52,238 nt of DNA from Acidimicrobiia bacterium (GCA_029210695.1 JARGFH010000023.1:1-52238); one strand, 5' to 3'. Positions 1 through 9,384 are shown, counted from the first letter of the stretch. Program-made: numbers and translations. The notes: a model not told the origin generated them from the letters alone.

Positions 1-76
1 CACTACGCTCAACTGACCACTACCGGATGACTTGGAAACCAAACAACCGAGTCTCCATCAAACCCAGGGCGGTTCA
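1..76 (+). mobile_element. Right end of an IS3-family (IS6110-like) insertion sequence: last transposase codons (HYAQLTTTG*, 1-30) and 28-bp terminal inverted repeat (49-76)
   Basis: Reverse complement of 49-76 is TGAACCGCCCTGGGTTTGATGGAGACTC, closely matching the IS6110 IR TGAACCGCCCCGGCATGTCCGGAGACTC. Ends in ...CA as IS3 elements do. Lies at the window edge. Confidence 0.8.
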
Positions 77-80
77 CAAA

Positions 81-135
81 GCCAAACTCGGTTTGGCGGA
101 CTTCGTCCGGCAAATTGGAGTTGCTGCGCAACTCC
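81..135. repeat. Three tandem short palindromes (REP-like or terminator-like)
   Basis: GCCAAAC-tcg-GTTTGGC (81-97), CGGAC-ttc-GTCCG (97-109), GGAGTTGC-tgc-GCAACTCC (117-135). Confidence 0.6.
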
Positions 136-185
136 CGCCAGCGTGTGAGCTCCGCCTCGACAGGCCAGAACTCAGGACACCCGGG

Positions 186-767
186 CTAACGCTCGAAGTC
201 CGCCAGTTTCTCGGCCAGTGCCTGGAGCGCCCGCGCACGGTGGCTGATCCCGTGCTTCTCTCCGCCCATCTCGGAGAAGGTCCGGCCGGACACCGCGAAC
301 ACCGGGTCGTATCCGAAGCCGCCGGTCCCCCGCCGCTCCTGCGTGATGACCCCTTCGACAGAGCCTTCAGCAGTGATCACGCGTGACCCACACACCAGCG
401 CGACCGCCGTCCGGAATCGGGCCGCCCGATCCGTCACTCCGTCGAGCTCACGAAGGAGCCGATCGACGTTGTCTGCGTAGGTCGCGGCGGGGCCGGCGAA
501 ACGAGCCGTCTGCACACCGGGTGCGCCGTCGAGTGCGTCGACCTCGAGACCCGTATCATCAGCCAGGGCCGGGAGTCCCGTCGCTTCCGCCACGGCCGTT
601 GCTTTCAGCAGTGCGTTCCCGACCAGGGTCGGTTCCGTTTCCTCGACATCCGGCCAGTCCAAGCCGCGTACGATCTCACCGACGAGATCCAGCCCGGACA
701 GGACCGCTTCCACCTCGGCGATCTTGTCGGGGTTCTTCGAAGCGACCACAAGTCGCTGAATCCTCAT
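186..767 (-). CDS. rdgB: RdgB/HAM1 non-canonical purine NTP pyrophosphatase
   Basis: ASKNPDK, ADDTGL, GFGYDPVF and SHRARAL motifs. ATGA overlap with rph. Confidence 0.95.
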   Translation of the reverse strand: MRIQRLVVASKNPDKIAEVEAVLSGLDLVGEIVRGLDWPDVEETEPTLVGNALLKATAVAEATGLPALADDTGLEVDALDGAPGVQTARFAGPAATYADNVDRLLRELDGVTDRAARFRTAVALVCGSRVITAEGSVEGVITQERRGTGGFGYDPVFAVSGRTFSEMGGEKHGISHRARALQALAEKLADFER

Positions 768-1471
768 TCGGCGACGATCTCACGCTGTAAGGCGACAAGT
801 TCACGAATGCCCGTCTCTGCGGTGTCCAGGATCTGTTCCAGTTCGAGCCGGGTATACGGCTGGCCCTCGGCCGTGCCCTGCACCTCGACGAGGAGCCCTC
901 TGCCGGTCATCACCACGTTGAAATCCACCTCCGCCGCCACGTCGTCGACGTACTCGAGATCGAGCAACACCCTTCCCTCAACGATCCCCACGGAGATCGC
1001 CGCCACCTGATCGATGATCGGTACCTCTCCGATGAGACCTTTCTCTTTCGACCAGGTCAATGCATCATGGAGTGCCACCCATGCACCTGTGACGGCTGCC
1101 GTCCTCGTACCGCCGTCGGCCTGCAGCACATCGCAATCGACCCGAACCGTCACCTGTTCCATGCCCTCGAGACGGACAACCGAACGCAGTGAACGACCGA
1201 TCAATCGGGAGATCTCCTTAGACCTTCCCCCTGTGTAGGCGTCCCGGCGGATCCGTTGCGGAGATGACCCCGGCAGCATGCCGTATTCCGCAGTCACCCA
1301 GCCTTTCCCCGCGTCTCGCATCCAGCGGGGAACGTCCTCTTCGACGGCGGCGGTGCACAAGACCCTGGTCTCGCCCATTTCCATGAGAACGGAACCCGGT
1401 GTCATTCCGGTATAACCCCGGGTCATGCGCACGGGTCTCAGTTCATTCGCAGGTCGGTCACGGTGGCCCAT
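764..1471 (-). CDS. rph: Ribonuclease PH
   Basis: GWVTAEYGMLP, EISRLIGRSLR, DCDVLQADGGTRTA, EVQGTAEG. Confidence 0.97.
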   Translation of the reverse strand: MGHRDRPANELRPVRMTRGYTGMTPGSVLMEMGETRVLCTAAVEEDVPRWMRDAGKGWVTAEYGMLPGSSPQRIRRDAYTGGRSKEISRLIGRSLRSVVRLEGMEQVTVRVDCDVLQADGGTRTAAVTGAWVALHDALTWSKEKGLIGEVPIIDQVAAISVGIVEGRVLLDLEYVDDVAAEVDFNVVMTGRGLLVEVQGTAEGQPYTRLELEQILDTAETGIRELVALQREIVAE

Positions 1472-1516
1472 TTGGAATTGCCTCTCGACTGGGACGATGC
1501 ACGCATTCTTGCAGTG

Positions 1517-2281
1517 CTACACCTTGACGCTGATGCCGGGAACCGCCAGCGCCACCGGGCGGCCAAATGTCCCCTCGGCTTCGGCGACACTGCGGGCGGG
1601 ATCGAGCGTCGGCCAGATATGGGTCAGCATCAACGCCCCTGCACCTGCAGCCCTGGCAACCTCGCCGGCTTCTCCGGCAGTGAGATGGTGGGGCCACGGC
1701 TTGTCGACTCCAGCTCCCTGATAGGTCGCCTCGCACAACAGCAGGTTGGTCCCTGCGGCCAGCCCGGCCAATCCCCCGCCCACCCCCGTGTCGGCGCTGA
1801 AGGTGAGGCTGCGACCATCGGCCTCGATGCGAACGCACAGTGTGGGCACCGGATGTTCGGCTATCGCAAACCTCAAGGTCAGAGGCCCCAGCCGGGTAGA
1901 ACCACCGGCCCCCATGATCCGGAAATCGAGAACATCTGAAATGGGGTGGCTGCCCTTGATCCGCGGTTCGCCTCCCTCGAGGAACCCCACCAGTCGATCC
2001 TCGAGTCCCTCCGGAACGTAGGTCGGGAAGATCAACCCGGGTCGGCGGCCGAAGCGCATGGCGTAGTAGAAACCGAAGATATCGAGGCAGTGGTCTCCGT
2101 GCACATGGGTCAGCACGATTCCATCGAGATCACCCGGATCGAGCTGATCCTGAAGCGCGGCGAACGTACCTGGACCGGCATCCATCCAGATACGGGTCCC
2201 CTCGTGCTCCACAAGATATCCGGAGGGAGGACGGCCCGGAGTACCGTATGTTCCGTTGGACCCGAGAACCGTGAGCTGCAC
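1517..2281 (-). CDS. MBL-fold metallo-hydrolase (RNase Z / cyclic nucleotide phosphodiesterase-like)
   Basis: THVHGDH motif, ADTG, CEATY, THIWP. Start re-called to GTG 2281 (TACACT 7 nt upstream, leaderless). Usual position upstream of rph. Confidence 0.9.
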   Translation of the reverse strand: MQLTVLGSNGTYGTPGRPPSGYLVEHEGTRIWMDAGPGTFAALQDQLDPGDLDGIVLTHVHGDHCLDIFGFYYAMRFGRRPGLIFPTYVPEGLEDRLVGFLEGGEPRIKGSHPISDVLDFRIMGAGGSTRLGPLTLRFAIAEHPVPTLCVRIEADGRSLTFSADTGVGGGLAGLAAGTNLLLCEATYQGAGVDKPWPHHLTAGEAGEVARAAGAGALMLTHIWPTLDPARSVAEAEGTFGRPVALAVPGISVKV

Positions 2282-2324
2282 CGGTAGGAGTGTAGGGAGC
2301 GGCAGAGGTTCTGGGTTGTGGGTC

Positions 2325-2729
2325 TTACGGGCGATCCAGACAAAGCGACTCTTCAGCCACAACTCCATCGCGAATCCGGTACGCCTTGACCTCCGGGTCG
2401 GCGGACTCGACCATTCCAACAATCACATACAACCAGTCGGGCTCGAGAGCCTGGCGGCGATCAGTACTCGATGGAAACGCGGCGCTGCGGGGGTGAGAGT
2501 GAAACGCGCCGACCAGCTCCCATCCGTTGCGCTCAGCATGCTGCAAAGACCGGAAGTGTTCAGTCGGGTCAACCGTGTACGTCACCGGAGAACGGTCTCC
2601 ATTCGTCAGGCAGTAACACATACGCAGGGCGCCGGTCTCGTCGGCCGCCAGCAGCCCGCAAGCCTCATTGGGAAATTCGAATCGGGCGTGAGCGATCATC
2701 GCCGCATAAATCAGTGTGGGAACGCGCAT
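2325..2729 (-). CDS. Mov34/MPN/JAMM M67 metallopeptidase (Mec-like)
   Basis: PNEACGLL and FHSHPRSAAFPSSTD (JAMM HxH-x7-S-x2-D). Confidence 0.9.
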   Translation of the reverse strand: MRVPTLIYAAMIAHARFEFPNEACGLLAADETGALRMCYCLTNGDRSPVTYTVDPTEHFRSLQHAERNGWELVGAFHSHPRSAAFPSSTDRRQALEPDWLYVIVGMVESADPEVKAYRIRDGVVAEESLCLDRP

Positions 2730-2766
2730 CGAATCACACGACATCCGGGTCGGTCGTTGCGAAGGT

Positions 2767-3429
2767 TCATGCGACCAGCGGGACTACCCACAACCATACG
2801 ACGAGATAGTGAGCAACGGACCCGGCGACGACCAGCACATGGAATAACTCGTGATGCGAAAACACCCTGGGAAAGAGCTTCGGTCGGCTTGTCGCGAAGA
2901 TCACCATCCCGACGGTGTACGACAAGCCTCCAAGAAAGAGGAAAACGATTGCTTCCACCGGGAGACGTCGGGCGATCTCAGTAATCGGGACTACCGCGAT
3001 CCACCCCATGGTCGTCTGCAATGTGACCGAAAACCATGTGTGTACTTTGGGGAACAACAGCTTCTGACCGATTCCGACGATTGCGATCCCCCACACGACC
3101 GCCAGGGTGGCCGAACGCCACCGGCCGTCCAGCACGTTGTATGCGATGGGCGTGTACGAACCCGCGATCAACAGGAATATCATCGAATGATCGAGACGCT
3201 GCATCCGCTTCTTCCATGTGCTGTTCCAAGGAACGGAGTGGTACAGGCTGCTCGTGGTGTAGAGCAGGATGAGGCTGACGCCGAAGAACACCATCGACCA
3301 CATGCTCGGTCGGTTGTCCATCGTTCGAACGATCAGGTTGACGAGGCCGGCCACCGACAGAACCGCGGCAGTCCCATGCAGCATGCCCCGGACGGGGTTC
3401 TGCATTCGTCCGAGCGTTGCGCGTTCCAC
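2767..3429 (-). CDS. Hemolysin III / PAQR family membrane protein
   Basis: SSLYH, RLDHSMIFLLIAGSYTP, HELFHVLV. About 7 hydrophobic segments. Start re-called to GTG 3429 (TACCGT 7 nt upstream). Confidence 0.92.
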   Translation of the reverse strand: MERATLGRMQNPVRGMLHGTAAVLSVAGLVNLIVRTMDNRPSMWSMVFFGVSLILLYTTSSLYHSVPWNSTWKKRMQRLDHSMIFLLIAGSYTPIAYNVLDGRWRSATLAVVWGIAIVGIGQKLLFPKVHTWFSVTLQTTMGWIAVVPITEIARRLPVEAIVFLFLGGLSYTVGMVIFATSRPKLFPRVFSHHELFHVLVVAGSVAHYLVVWLWVVPLVA

Positions 3430-3565
3430 CGGGTTAACGGTACGCGATCCGTGGACGTACCGGAGCGGTGCGTTCGCCGGCGATTGGCGCGATCTGCAAC
3501 ATTCCATGCATGGCTGCCCCTTTACACCACGCAGAGTGGTCGTTATTGTGCTGAGGGGAGGCAAC

Positions 3566-4393
3566 ATGCACATCAAACGGGCCGGGTTCACGATCGTCAT
3601 CGCCCTCTCCATGGTCATCGCCACCATGGTTCCCGCTCAGGCACTTGGTCGGCGCGCCCTCTGGGTGTGGGATGGGCCGGTTGATGGGGTCATCACCTTC
3701 GCGGTGGATCACGGCATCACCGATCTCTACCTCCATTCCCCACCCGGATTCTCCGGTAGCCCGCTCTACGCCCCATTCATCGAGAGCGCCCATGCAGTGG
3801 GCATCCAGGTCTTCGCAATGGCAGGTGATCCCTTGTGGGCGTCAGACCGCGCACCCTGGAGCGAATGGGTAGACGAGGTCGTCGGTTTCAACGCATTCGA
3901 CGGTCTGGTGTTCGACGTAGAGCCCTACCTGAACTCCGACTGGAACACGAAGCGCCGGAACCGGCTGATCCAGTCGTATCTGGCGGGGCTCGACGAAGCT
4001 GCGCGCCACGCAGGACCCCTTCAAGTCCACACGGCAGTTCCGTTCTGGTGGGACGATCCGGCCTACCGCGTGAAGCGAACTGCCCTCGTCGAGCTCGTTC
4101 TGGAACGCTCGGATGGCATCGTGGTCATGGCCTACCGGGATTCTGCGGCCGGACCCGACGGCATACTCTCCCTCTCGCAGAACGAAGCCGACCTGGCCGC
4201 TTCGATGGACAAGCTGTTCGCTATCGGTGTCGAGACTGCACCGGTCGGTTTGGACAAGGTGTCGTTCGCCGAAGAGGGTACCGCGGAGATGGAGATTGAA
4301 CTGGCGGAAGTTGAAGCGGCGTATTCGGCCGTCCCACAATATTCCGGAATCGCGATCCATCACTACGCCTCGTACGCATCCATGAAGAACTGA
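3566..4393 (+). CDS. Secreted hypothetical protein, probable glycoside-hydrolase-like TIM barrel
   Basis: GGGGAGG RBS before ATG 3566. Signal peptide ending PAQA. ALWVW, FDGLVFDVEPY, VMAYRD, IGVET and IAIHHY motifs. Confidence 0.7.
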   Translation: MHIKRAGFTIVIALSMVIATMVPAQALGRRALWVWDGPVDGVITFAVDHGITDLYLHSPPGFSGSPLYAPFIESAHAVGIQVFAMAGDPLWASDRAPWSEWVDEVVGFNAFDGLVFDVEPYLNSDWNTKRRNRLIQSYLAGLDEAARHAGPLQVHTAVPFWWDDPAYRVKRTALVELVLERSDGIVVMAYRDSAAGPDGILSLSQNEADLAASMDKLFAIGVETAPVGLDKVSFAEEGTAEMEIELAEVEAAYSAVPQYSGIAIHHYASYASMKN

Positions 4394-4420
4394 TCGCCGG
4401 ACCGCCCGACGCTGCCGCGC

Positions 4421-6379
4421 TCAGAGCCGGCGGAGAAAGGACAGAACGTCCTCCCGATCGGCCGTGATTGGCATCGGGGGCAGCGACCCGAGCACCACCC
4501 GTCCGTATCGCATCTTCGCCAGCCGCGCATCGAGGATGGCCACCACTCCCCGATCGTAGGTTGTCCTGATCAACCGGCCGACTCCCTGGGCGAGCAACAT
4601 CGTCGCCCGCGGGAGGTCGACGGATTGGAAAGCCGATCGACCCTGCGCCTCGGCGAGTTCCCGTCGCGCCACCCACAAGGGATCATCGGGCCGCGGGAAC
4701 GGCAGACGGTCGATGACGACCAGTTCCAGTGCCCGGCCCGGGATGTCGAGTCCCTCCCAGAACCCCATCGTGGCGACGAGGACGGACGTCTCGTCCTGCT
4801 CGAATCGCTCAACGAGACGGCGCTTGGGAAGGTCCCCCTGAGCAAGCACCTCGAGGTCGGTACCCGCCCGCAACCGCTCAGCCGCCAGCTCGAGCATGCG
4901 GTAGCTGGTCGTCAGGACCAGGGCTCTCCCACCGGCCGCTTCCACGAGTGCAACGATCTCCTCGGCGGCGGCGTCTCGCCAGCCGGGTTGCCTGGGATCG
5001 GGCAAACCTGCGGCAACGTAGATGCGCCCCTGCGTCTCGTAGTCGAAAGGGCTCCCCACCGACAGCATGCGGGCGCCGAGCGGAACATCGTCGGGATCCG
5101 CCGCGAAACCCAAGCGGAGGGCGAACGGAAGGAGAGACCCTCCCACCGACAGCGTTGCACTGGTGAGGACGGCCGGGCGCTCGGAGAGAAGCCGTTCCGC
5201 CATCAGAGGCCCGACATCGATCGGAGCGACCTTGAAGCGTTTTCTCCGGCCGTCCGTTTCGACCCAGGACACGTGGGAATCGGGTGGGTCGAGGCCCATG
5301 GCGAGATCCCCGGCCAGGTGACCGCCCAATCTCATCGCCCTGGCACGTGCACCACGCAGACCGGAAGTGGCGGGCTCGGCAGCCCGAATCCGACCGTTGA
5401 TGCGAGCGACGACTGCCGCCGTCGAAGTGAACTCACCGCCGACGTTCGAGTTCCGGGGATCCGGCATGTGTCCCGCCGCCGCACCATCTAATTCGGTCTC
5501 CAACGCCCTGGCACGATCCCGCAATGGGTCGAGCAACCGGCGGGCATCTTCCGGCGGCATGACCCGTCTCGCAAAAGACGACACCGAACGATGGAATTGC
5601 CAGATCCGCCCCGGGGTCAGTTCGATACCAAGCGCAGAAGCCATCGTGTCCTCGAGCCGATGCGCCTCGTCGAAGATCACAACATCGTGCTCCGGCAAGA
5701 CACCGCCATCGAGCGCCATGTCCGCCCCGTAGAGGTGGTGATTGACGACGACGACGTCGGCAGTGGCTGCGCGATCGAACGCAGCCATCGCAAAGCAGTC
5801 AACCCCCTGCGGGCAGTCGTCCCTACCAGGACACTCCATCCCCGAGACAGAGACTTCCGACCAGATTTCATCCGGGACGGCCACGGGAAGATCATCACGA
5901 TCACCGGTTTCATGCACCCCGGCCCATTCGACAAGGGTGGCAATCAAGTCGGGCTCACGAGCTACGTCCGCAAAGAGATCGCCCTGTTCGAATCCCTCAC
6001 CCAACTCCTCGAGCTTGGACAAGCACAGGTAGTTCTGGCGACCTTTGATCACCGCCCACGAGAACCGCACGCCGAGCGGTTCGAGCGATTCAGCCAGAAA
6101 CGGCAGATCACGACCTGCGAGCTGATCTTGAAGGCTCTTCGTGGCGGTAGAAACCACAACCTTCTTCCCGGAGGCGACGGCCGGAATGAGATAGCCGAAA
6201 GACTTTCCCGTTCCGGGACCCGCCTCACACAACACGTGGGCGCCCGTTTCCAACGCCTCGGCGATGGCGCGCACCATCTCCACCTGACCTGCCCGGCGCG
6301 CTCCGCCCACCTTGACATCGACCACCGCATCGAGGAGCGCCTCGACACGGTCGGCAGGATCACTCGGGAGGGCCGGCAT
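4421..6379 (-). CDS. dinG: DinG/YoaA-family ATP-dependent DNA helicase
   Basis: EAGPGTGKS Walker A, DEAH, Fe-S cysteines (NYLC...C..C....C), WEGLDIPG, QGVGRLIR. Start re-called to ATG 6379 (TACCAT 7 nt upstream). Confidence 0.93.
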   Translation of the reverse strand: MPALPSDPADRVEALLDAVVDVKVGGARRAGQVEMVRAIAEALETGAHVLCEAGPGTGKSFGYLIPAVASGKKVVVSTATKSLQDQLAGRDLPFLAESLEPLGVRFSWAVIKGRQNYLCLSKLEELGEGFEQGDLFADVAREPDLIATLVEWAGVHETGDRDDLPVAVPDEIWSEVSVSGMECPGRDDCPQGVDCFAMAAFDRAATADVVVVNHHLYGADMALDGGVLPEHDVVIFDEAHRLEDTMASALGIELTPGRIWQFHRSVSSFARRVMPPEDARRLLDPLRDRARALETELDGAAAGHMPDPRNSNVGGEFTSTAAVVARINGRIRAAEPATSGLRGARARAMRLGGHLAGDLAMGLDPPDSHVSWVETDGRRKRFKVAPIDVGPLMAERLLSERPAVLTSATLSVGGSLLPFALRLGFAADPDDVPLGARMLSVGSPFDYETQGRIYVAAGLPDPRQPGWRDAAAEEIVALVEAAGGRALVLTTSYRMLELAAERLRAGTDLEVLAQGDLPKRRLVERFEQDETSVLVATMGFWEGLDIPGRALELVVIDRLPFPRPDDPLWVARRELAEAQGRSAFQSVDLPRATMLLAQGVGRLIRTTYDRGVVAILDARLAKMRYGRVVLGSLPPMPITADREDVLSFLRRL

Positions 6380-6459
6380 GGTCGGGATGGTAGGCCCGTT
6401 GATCGACCCAACAGAGCGCGCCGGGTATCGTTCGCCGCTCACGAACAGGACTCGAACCT

Positions 6460-7575
6460 ATGAACATCGGCATACTCACCGCAGGTGGCGACTCGCCCGG
6501 CCTCAATGCCGCCATTCGCGGAATCGGCAAAGCCGCCATCCGTTCGCACGGCATGTCGGTGATCGGTTTTCGGGATGGATTCCGGGGCTTGATGCAAAAC
6601 CGCCATCTGCGCCTCGACTCGGACGCCATGTCCGGCATCTTGATCGCGGGCGGGACGATTCTCGGGACCAGCCGGGATAAGCCCTCTCGTATGAATGTAG
6701 GCGGTGTCGAGATGGACATGACCGGGATCATGATCGAGACCTACGAAGCACACCATCTCGACGCCGTCGTCTGCCTCGGCGGCGGCGGCACTCAGAAAAA
6801 CGCCCTCCATCTCGCTGAGGCCGGGATGAATGTCGTCACCCTCCCCAAGACGATCGACAACGATGTGGCGGGGACGGACATCACCTTCGGCTTCGCCACC
6901 GCCATGGACATTGCCACCGAGGCAATCGATCGCCTCCATTCAACCGCCCACTCCCATCACCGGATCATCGTTGTAGAGGTGATGGGCCACAACGCGGGGT
7001 GGCTTGCACTTGGATCCGGCCTGGCGGGCGGCGCCGACGTGATCCTCATCCCCGAACTCCCTTTTCACATCGACGCAGTTGCCGAATCGATCCTCGCCAG
7101 GCAGGCGGCGGGCAGCCCGTTCAGCATCGTCACCGTCTCCGAAGGAGCAATGTCGGTCGAGCACGCCGAAGAGAGAAACCGACTGAAAGAAGTCAAGAGA
7201 ACTTCAGAGTCGGAAGAAGACCGAGTCGCAGCCGAACTGCGCCTCACCGAACTCAAGGCGGAGCGGGCAGACGCCACCCATCTTTTGTCACGCCAGCTCG
7301 AAGAGCGCACCCGTCTCGAGTCGAGGGTGACGATCCTCGGTCATGTCCAGCGAGGCGGCATCCCATCACCGCTCGACCGGCTCCTCGCCACCCGGCTCGG
7401 CACAGCAACCGCAGACTTCATTGCCGAAGGGCGGCACGGAATCATGGTGGCATCGCGAGGCGAAGAAGCCGTGCCGGTCCCGCTCGAGGAGGTAGCCGGA
7501 CAACGCCGGACGGTTCCACTGGACCATCCGTGGGTCAAGACGGCGCGCACCCTCGGGGTCTCCCTGGGGGACTAG
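6460..7575 (+). CDS. pfkA: 6-phosphofructokinase (PfkA family)
   Basis: [46 protein letters not shown]. Confidence 0.93.
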   Translation: MNIGILTAGGDSPGLNAAIRGIGKAAIRSHGMSVIGFRDGFRGLMQNRHLRLDSDAMSGILIAGGTILGTSRDKPSRMNVGGVEMDMTGIMIETYEAHHLDAVVCLGGGGTQKNALHLAEAGMNVVTLPKTIDNDVAGTDITFGFATAMDIATEAIDRLHSTAHSHHRIIVVEVMGHNAGWLALGSGLAGGADVILIPELPFHIDAVAESILARQAAGSPFSIVTVSEGAMSVEHAEERNRLKEVKRTSESEEDRVAAELRLTELKAERADATHLLSRQLEERTRLESRVTILGHVQRGGIPSPLDRLLATRLGTATADFIAEGRHGIMVASRGEEAVPVPLEEVAGQRRTVPLDHPWVKTARTLGVSLGD

Positions 7576-7631
7576 ACGGACCGCCGGTTCTGATGAGGGT
7601 TTCCGAGTCGTGGCGTTCCGGCCGACCCGCC

Positions 7632-7892
7632 TCAGCCTCCTGGATACACCTGCACCCGGAGTCGAGCGAGGTCGTCATCCGAGACGCTCGTTCGTTTCGG
7701 AGGCCGGACCGGACCCTGCGAACGGTTGTCCCAGCCATCCCTGGCATCTGCCGCGGCGAGGCGGGCTATGTCTAGAGCGATACGGGCATGGGCAAGTTCT
7801 ACGACGGATCCGGGGTCGCGGGGAGCATCTTGATAGACGGCCCACCGGCCGACGAGGTTTGAGAAGGCATTGACGAATCTGAGGCGTTCCAT
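7632..7892 (-). CDS. Small hypothetical protein (86 aa)
   Basis: Fills the gap between pfkA and azlC. TACGCT -10-like hexamer 6 nt before ATG. Helical-looking sequence. Confidence 0.6.
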   Translation of the reverse strand: MERLRFVNAFSNLVGRWAVYQDAPRDPGSVVELAHARIALDIARLAAADARDGWDNRSQGPVRPPKRTSVSDDDLARLRVQVYPGG

Positions 7893-7977
7893 GCCTGCAG
7901 CGTATCCGGCCGGCGATGACCTGACTCGTCCACTCAGCCCAAAGCTGTGGGCCTTCCGGCACTAGCCTTGCTCGTTC

Positions 7978-8667
7978 ATGAATGGAAACACGAGCTACCG
8001 GCGCGGCGTGCGCGACGTCATGCCGATCCTCCTCGGGGTGATTCCGTTCGGGTTGATTGCCGGCATCTCATCGATAGATGCAGGACTCGATGTCTCGCAG
8101 GCGATTGGCCTTTCAGTCGTGGTATTCGCAGGTGCGTCGCAGCTGGCTGCGATTGCCCTCATCGGTGAGAACGCCGCGCTCGCCGTCATCATCCTCACCC
8201 CTCTGGTCATCAACGCCCGCTTCCTCATGTACAGCGCCTCGCTGGCTTCTCACTTTTCCGGCCTGCCGGTGTCCAGGCGGATCGTCGCTTCCTATCTTCT
8301 CACCGACCAGTCATACGCCTTCTCAATCATCCGGTACCGGGACGAGACCTGGGATCTCCGATCGCGTCTGAGCTACTACCTGGGAATCGCCACGACACTG
8401 TGGATTGTCTGGCAACTCTCGACCGCGGCGGGAGCGATTCTGGGAGCCGGTGTGCCCGACCCATGGTCGCTCGACTTCGCGGTTCCGCTCGTGTTCCTCG
8501 CCCTCCTGGTACCGGCAATCCGCGATCGCGCTGACGGTATCGCGGCCGCGGTGGCCGGAGCCCTGGTGATCATCGCCGCCGGGTTGCCCTACAACCTCGC
8601 CTTGCCCCTGGCGGCGGTAGCAGGCATCGCCGCCGGTGTTGGGCTCGAACGGAAGGCCCGGGCGTGA
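7978..8667 (+). CDS. azlC: AzlC-family branched-chain amino acid exporter, large subunit
   Basis: VFAGASQLA, VINARFLMYSASL, LLTDQSYA, SLDFAVPLVFLALL. Confidence 0.92.
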   Translation: MNGNTSYRRGVRDVMPILLGVIPFGLIAGISSIDAGLDVSQAIGLSVVVFAGASQLAAIALIGENAALAVIILTPLVINARFLMYSASLASHFSGLPVSRRIVASYLLTDQSYAFSIIRYRDETWDLRSRLSYYLGIATTLWIVWQLSTAAGAILGAGVPDPWSLDFAVPLVFLALLVPAIRDRADGIAAAVAGALVIIAAGLPYNLALPLAAVAGIAAGVGLERKARA

Positions 8668-9002
8668 CGCGATACTCCCCCGTGACACTCTGGCTCGTCA
8701 TCCTGGCAGTCGGCATCGGGACATTTGCCCTCCGGTTCTCGTTCATCGCGCTGTCTGATCGAGCCGATCGACTGCCCGAGTCCGTGCAGCGCGCACTGCG
8801 GTTCATTCCACCTGCGGCTTTCGCAGCTATCGCCGCCCCGGCCTTCCTCGTTCAAGCGGGATCTATCGATGTCACGCTGGGGAACCTGAGATTGATTGCC
8901 GGCCTGGTCGCCTCGGCCGTCGCATGGAGGACGAAGAGCGTGCTGTGGACCATCTTGTCCGGCATGGTTGTTCTTTGGCTGCTCCAGGCCATCGCCGGCT
9001 AG
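8664..9002 (+). CDS. azlD: AzlD-family exporter, small subunit
   Basis: GTFALRFSF, ALRFIPPA, WRTKSVLWTI. GTGA overlap with azlC. Confidence 0.9.
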   Translation: MTRYSPVTLWLVILAVGIGTFALRFSFIALSDRADRLPESVQRALRFIPPAAFAAIAAPAFLVQAGSIDVTLGNLRLIAGLVASAVAWRTKSVLWTILSGMVVLWLLQAIAG

Positions 9003-9008
9003 AACTCG

Positions 9009-9155
9009 TTAGTCGGGTCGCGACCGGGCCGGCTTCCGGCGCGGCTTGGTTGGTGGTCGTGGAGCGGTCCGTCGCGTTGGCCGGGGATGTGGTCTGGCAT
9101 TGGCCTGACGCTCCCGGGCGATCGCTCGAACGGCGCGCACGTCATAGTGGTACAT
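9009..9155 (-). CDS. Small basic protein (48 aa; MYHYDVRAVRAIARERQANARPHPRPTRR...)
   Basis: GGAAAGGA SD 6 nt upstream of ATG 9155. Arg/Pro-rich tail. Confidence 0.5.
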   Translation of the reverse strand: MYHYDVRAVRAIARERQANARPHPRPTRRTAPRPPTKPRRKPARSRPD

Positions 9156-9242
9156 GACGGTCCTTTCCGCGTGGGTTCGTTGGTGGCACAGAAGATGCCC
9201 AAGGGGCAGGCAGGTGCCGGGCACTCCGGATCGGCGGCTCGG

Positions 9243-9314
9243 TCAGATGGCGAGAAGGTCGCTCGTCGATCCGGCGTACGCCGTGGTGCCGGAGAACATC
9301 GAGATTCGGATCAT
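9243..9314 (-). CDS. Putative leader or small peptide (23 aa; MIRISMFSGTTAYAGSTSDLLAI)
   Basis: Near-perfect SD AAAGGAGGTG 6 nt upstream of ATG 9314. TAGGTT -10-like hexamer further upstream. Confidence 0.5.
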   Translation of the reverse strand: MIRISMFSGTTAYAGSTSDLLAI

Positions 9315-9384
9315 GTCGGCACCTCCTTTCGAGAGCGGTCTCAGACAACCTATCGCATCAGAAGGATCGACGCGGGGGAATATC

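Noticed and set aside
7590..7615. CTGATGAG hammerhead-ribozyme-like core after pfkA
   Set aside because: No GAAA after a plausible stem II, and no stems I/III.
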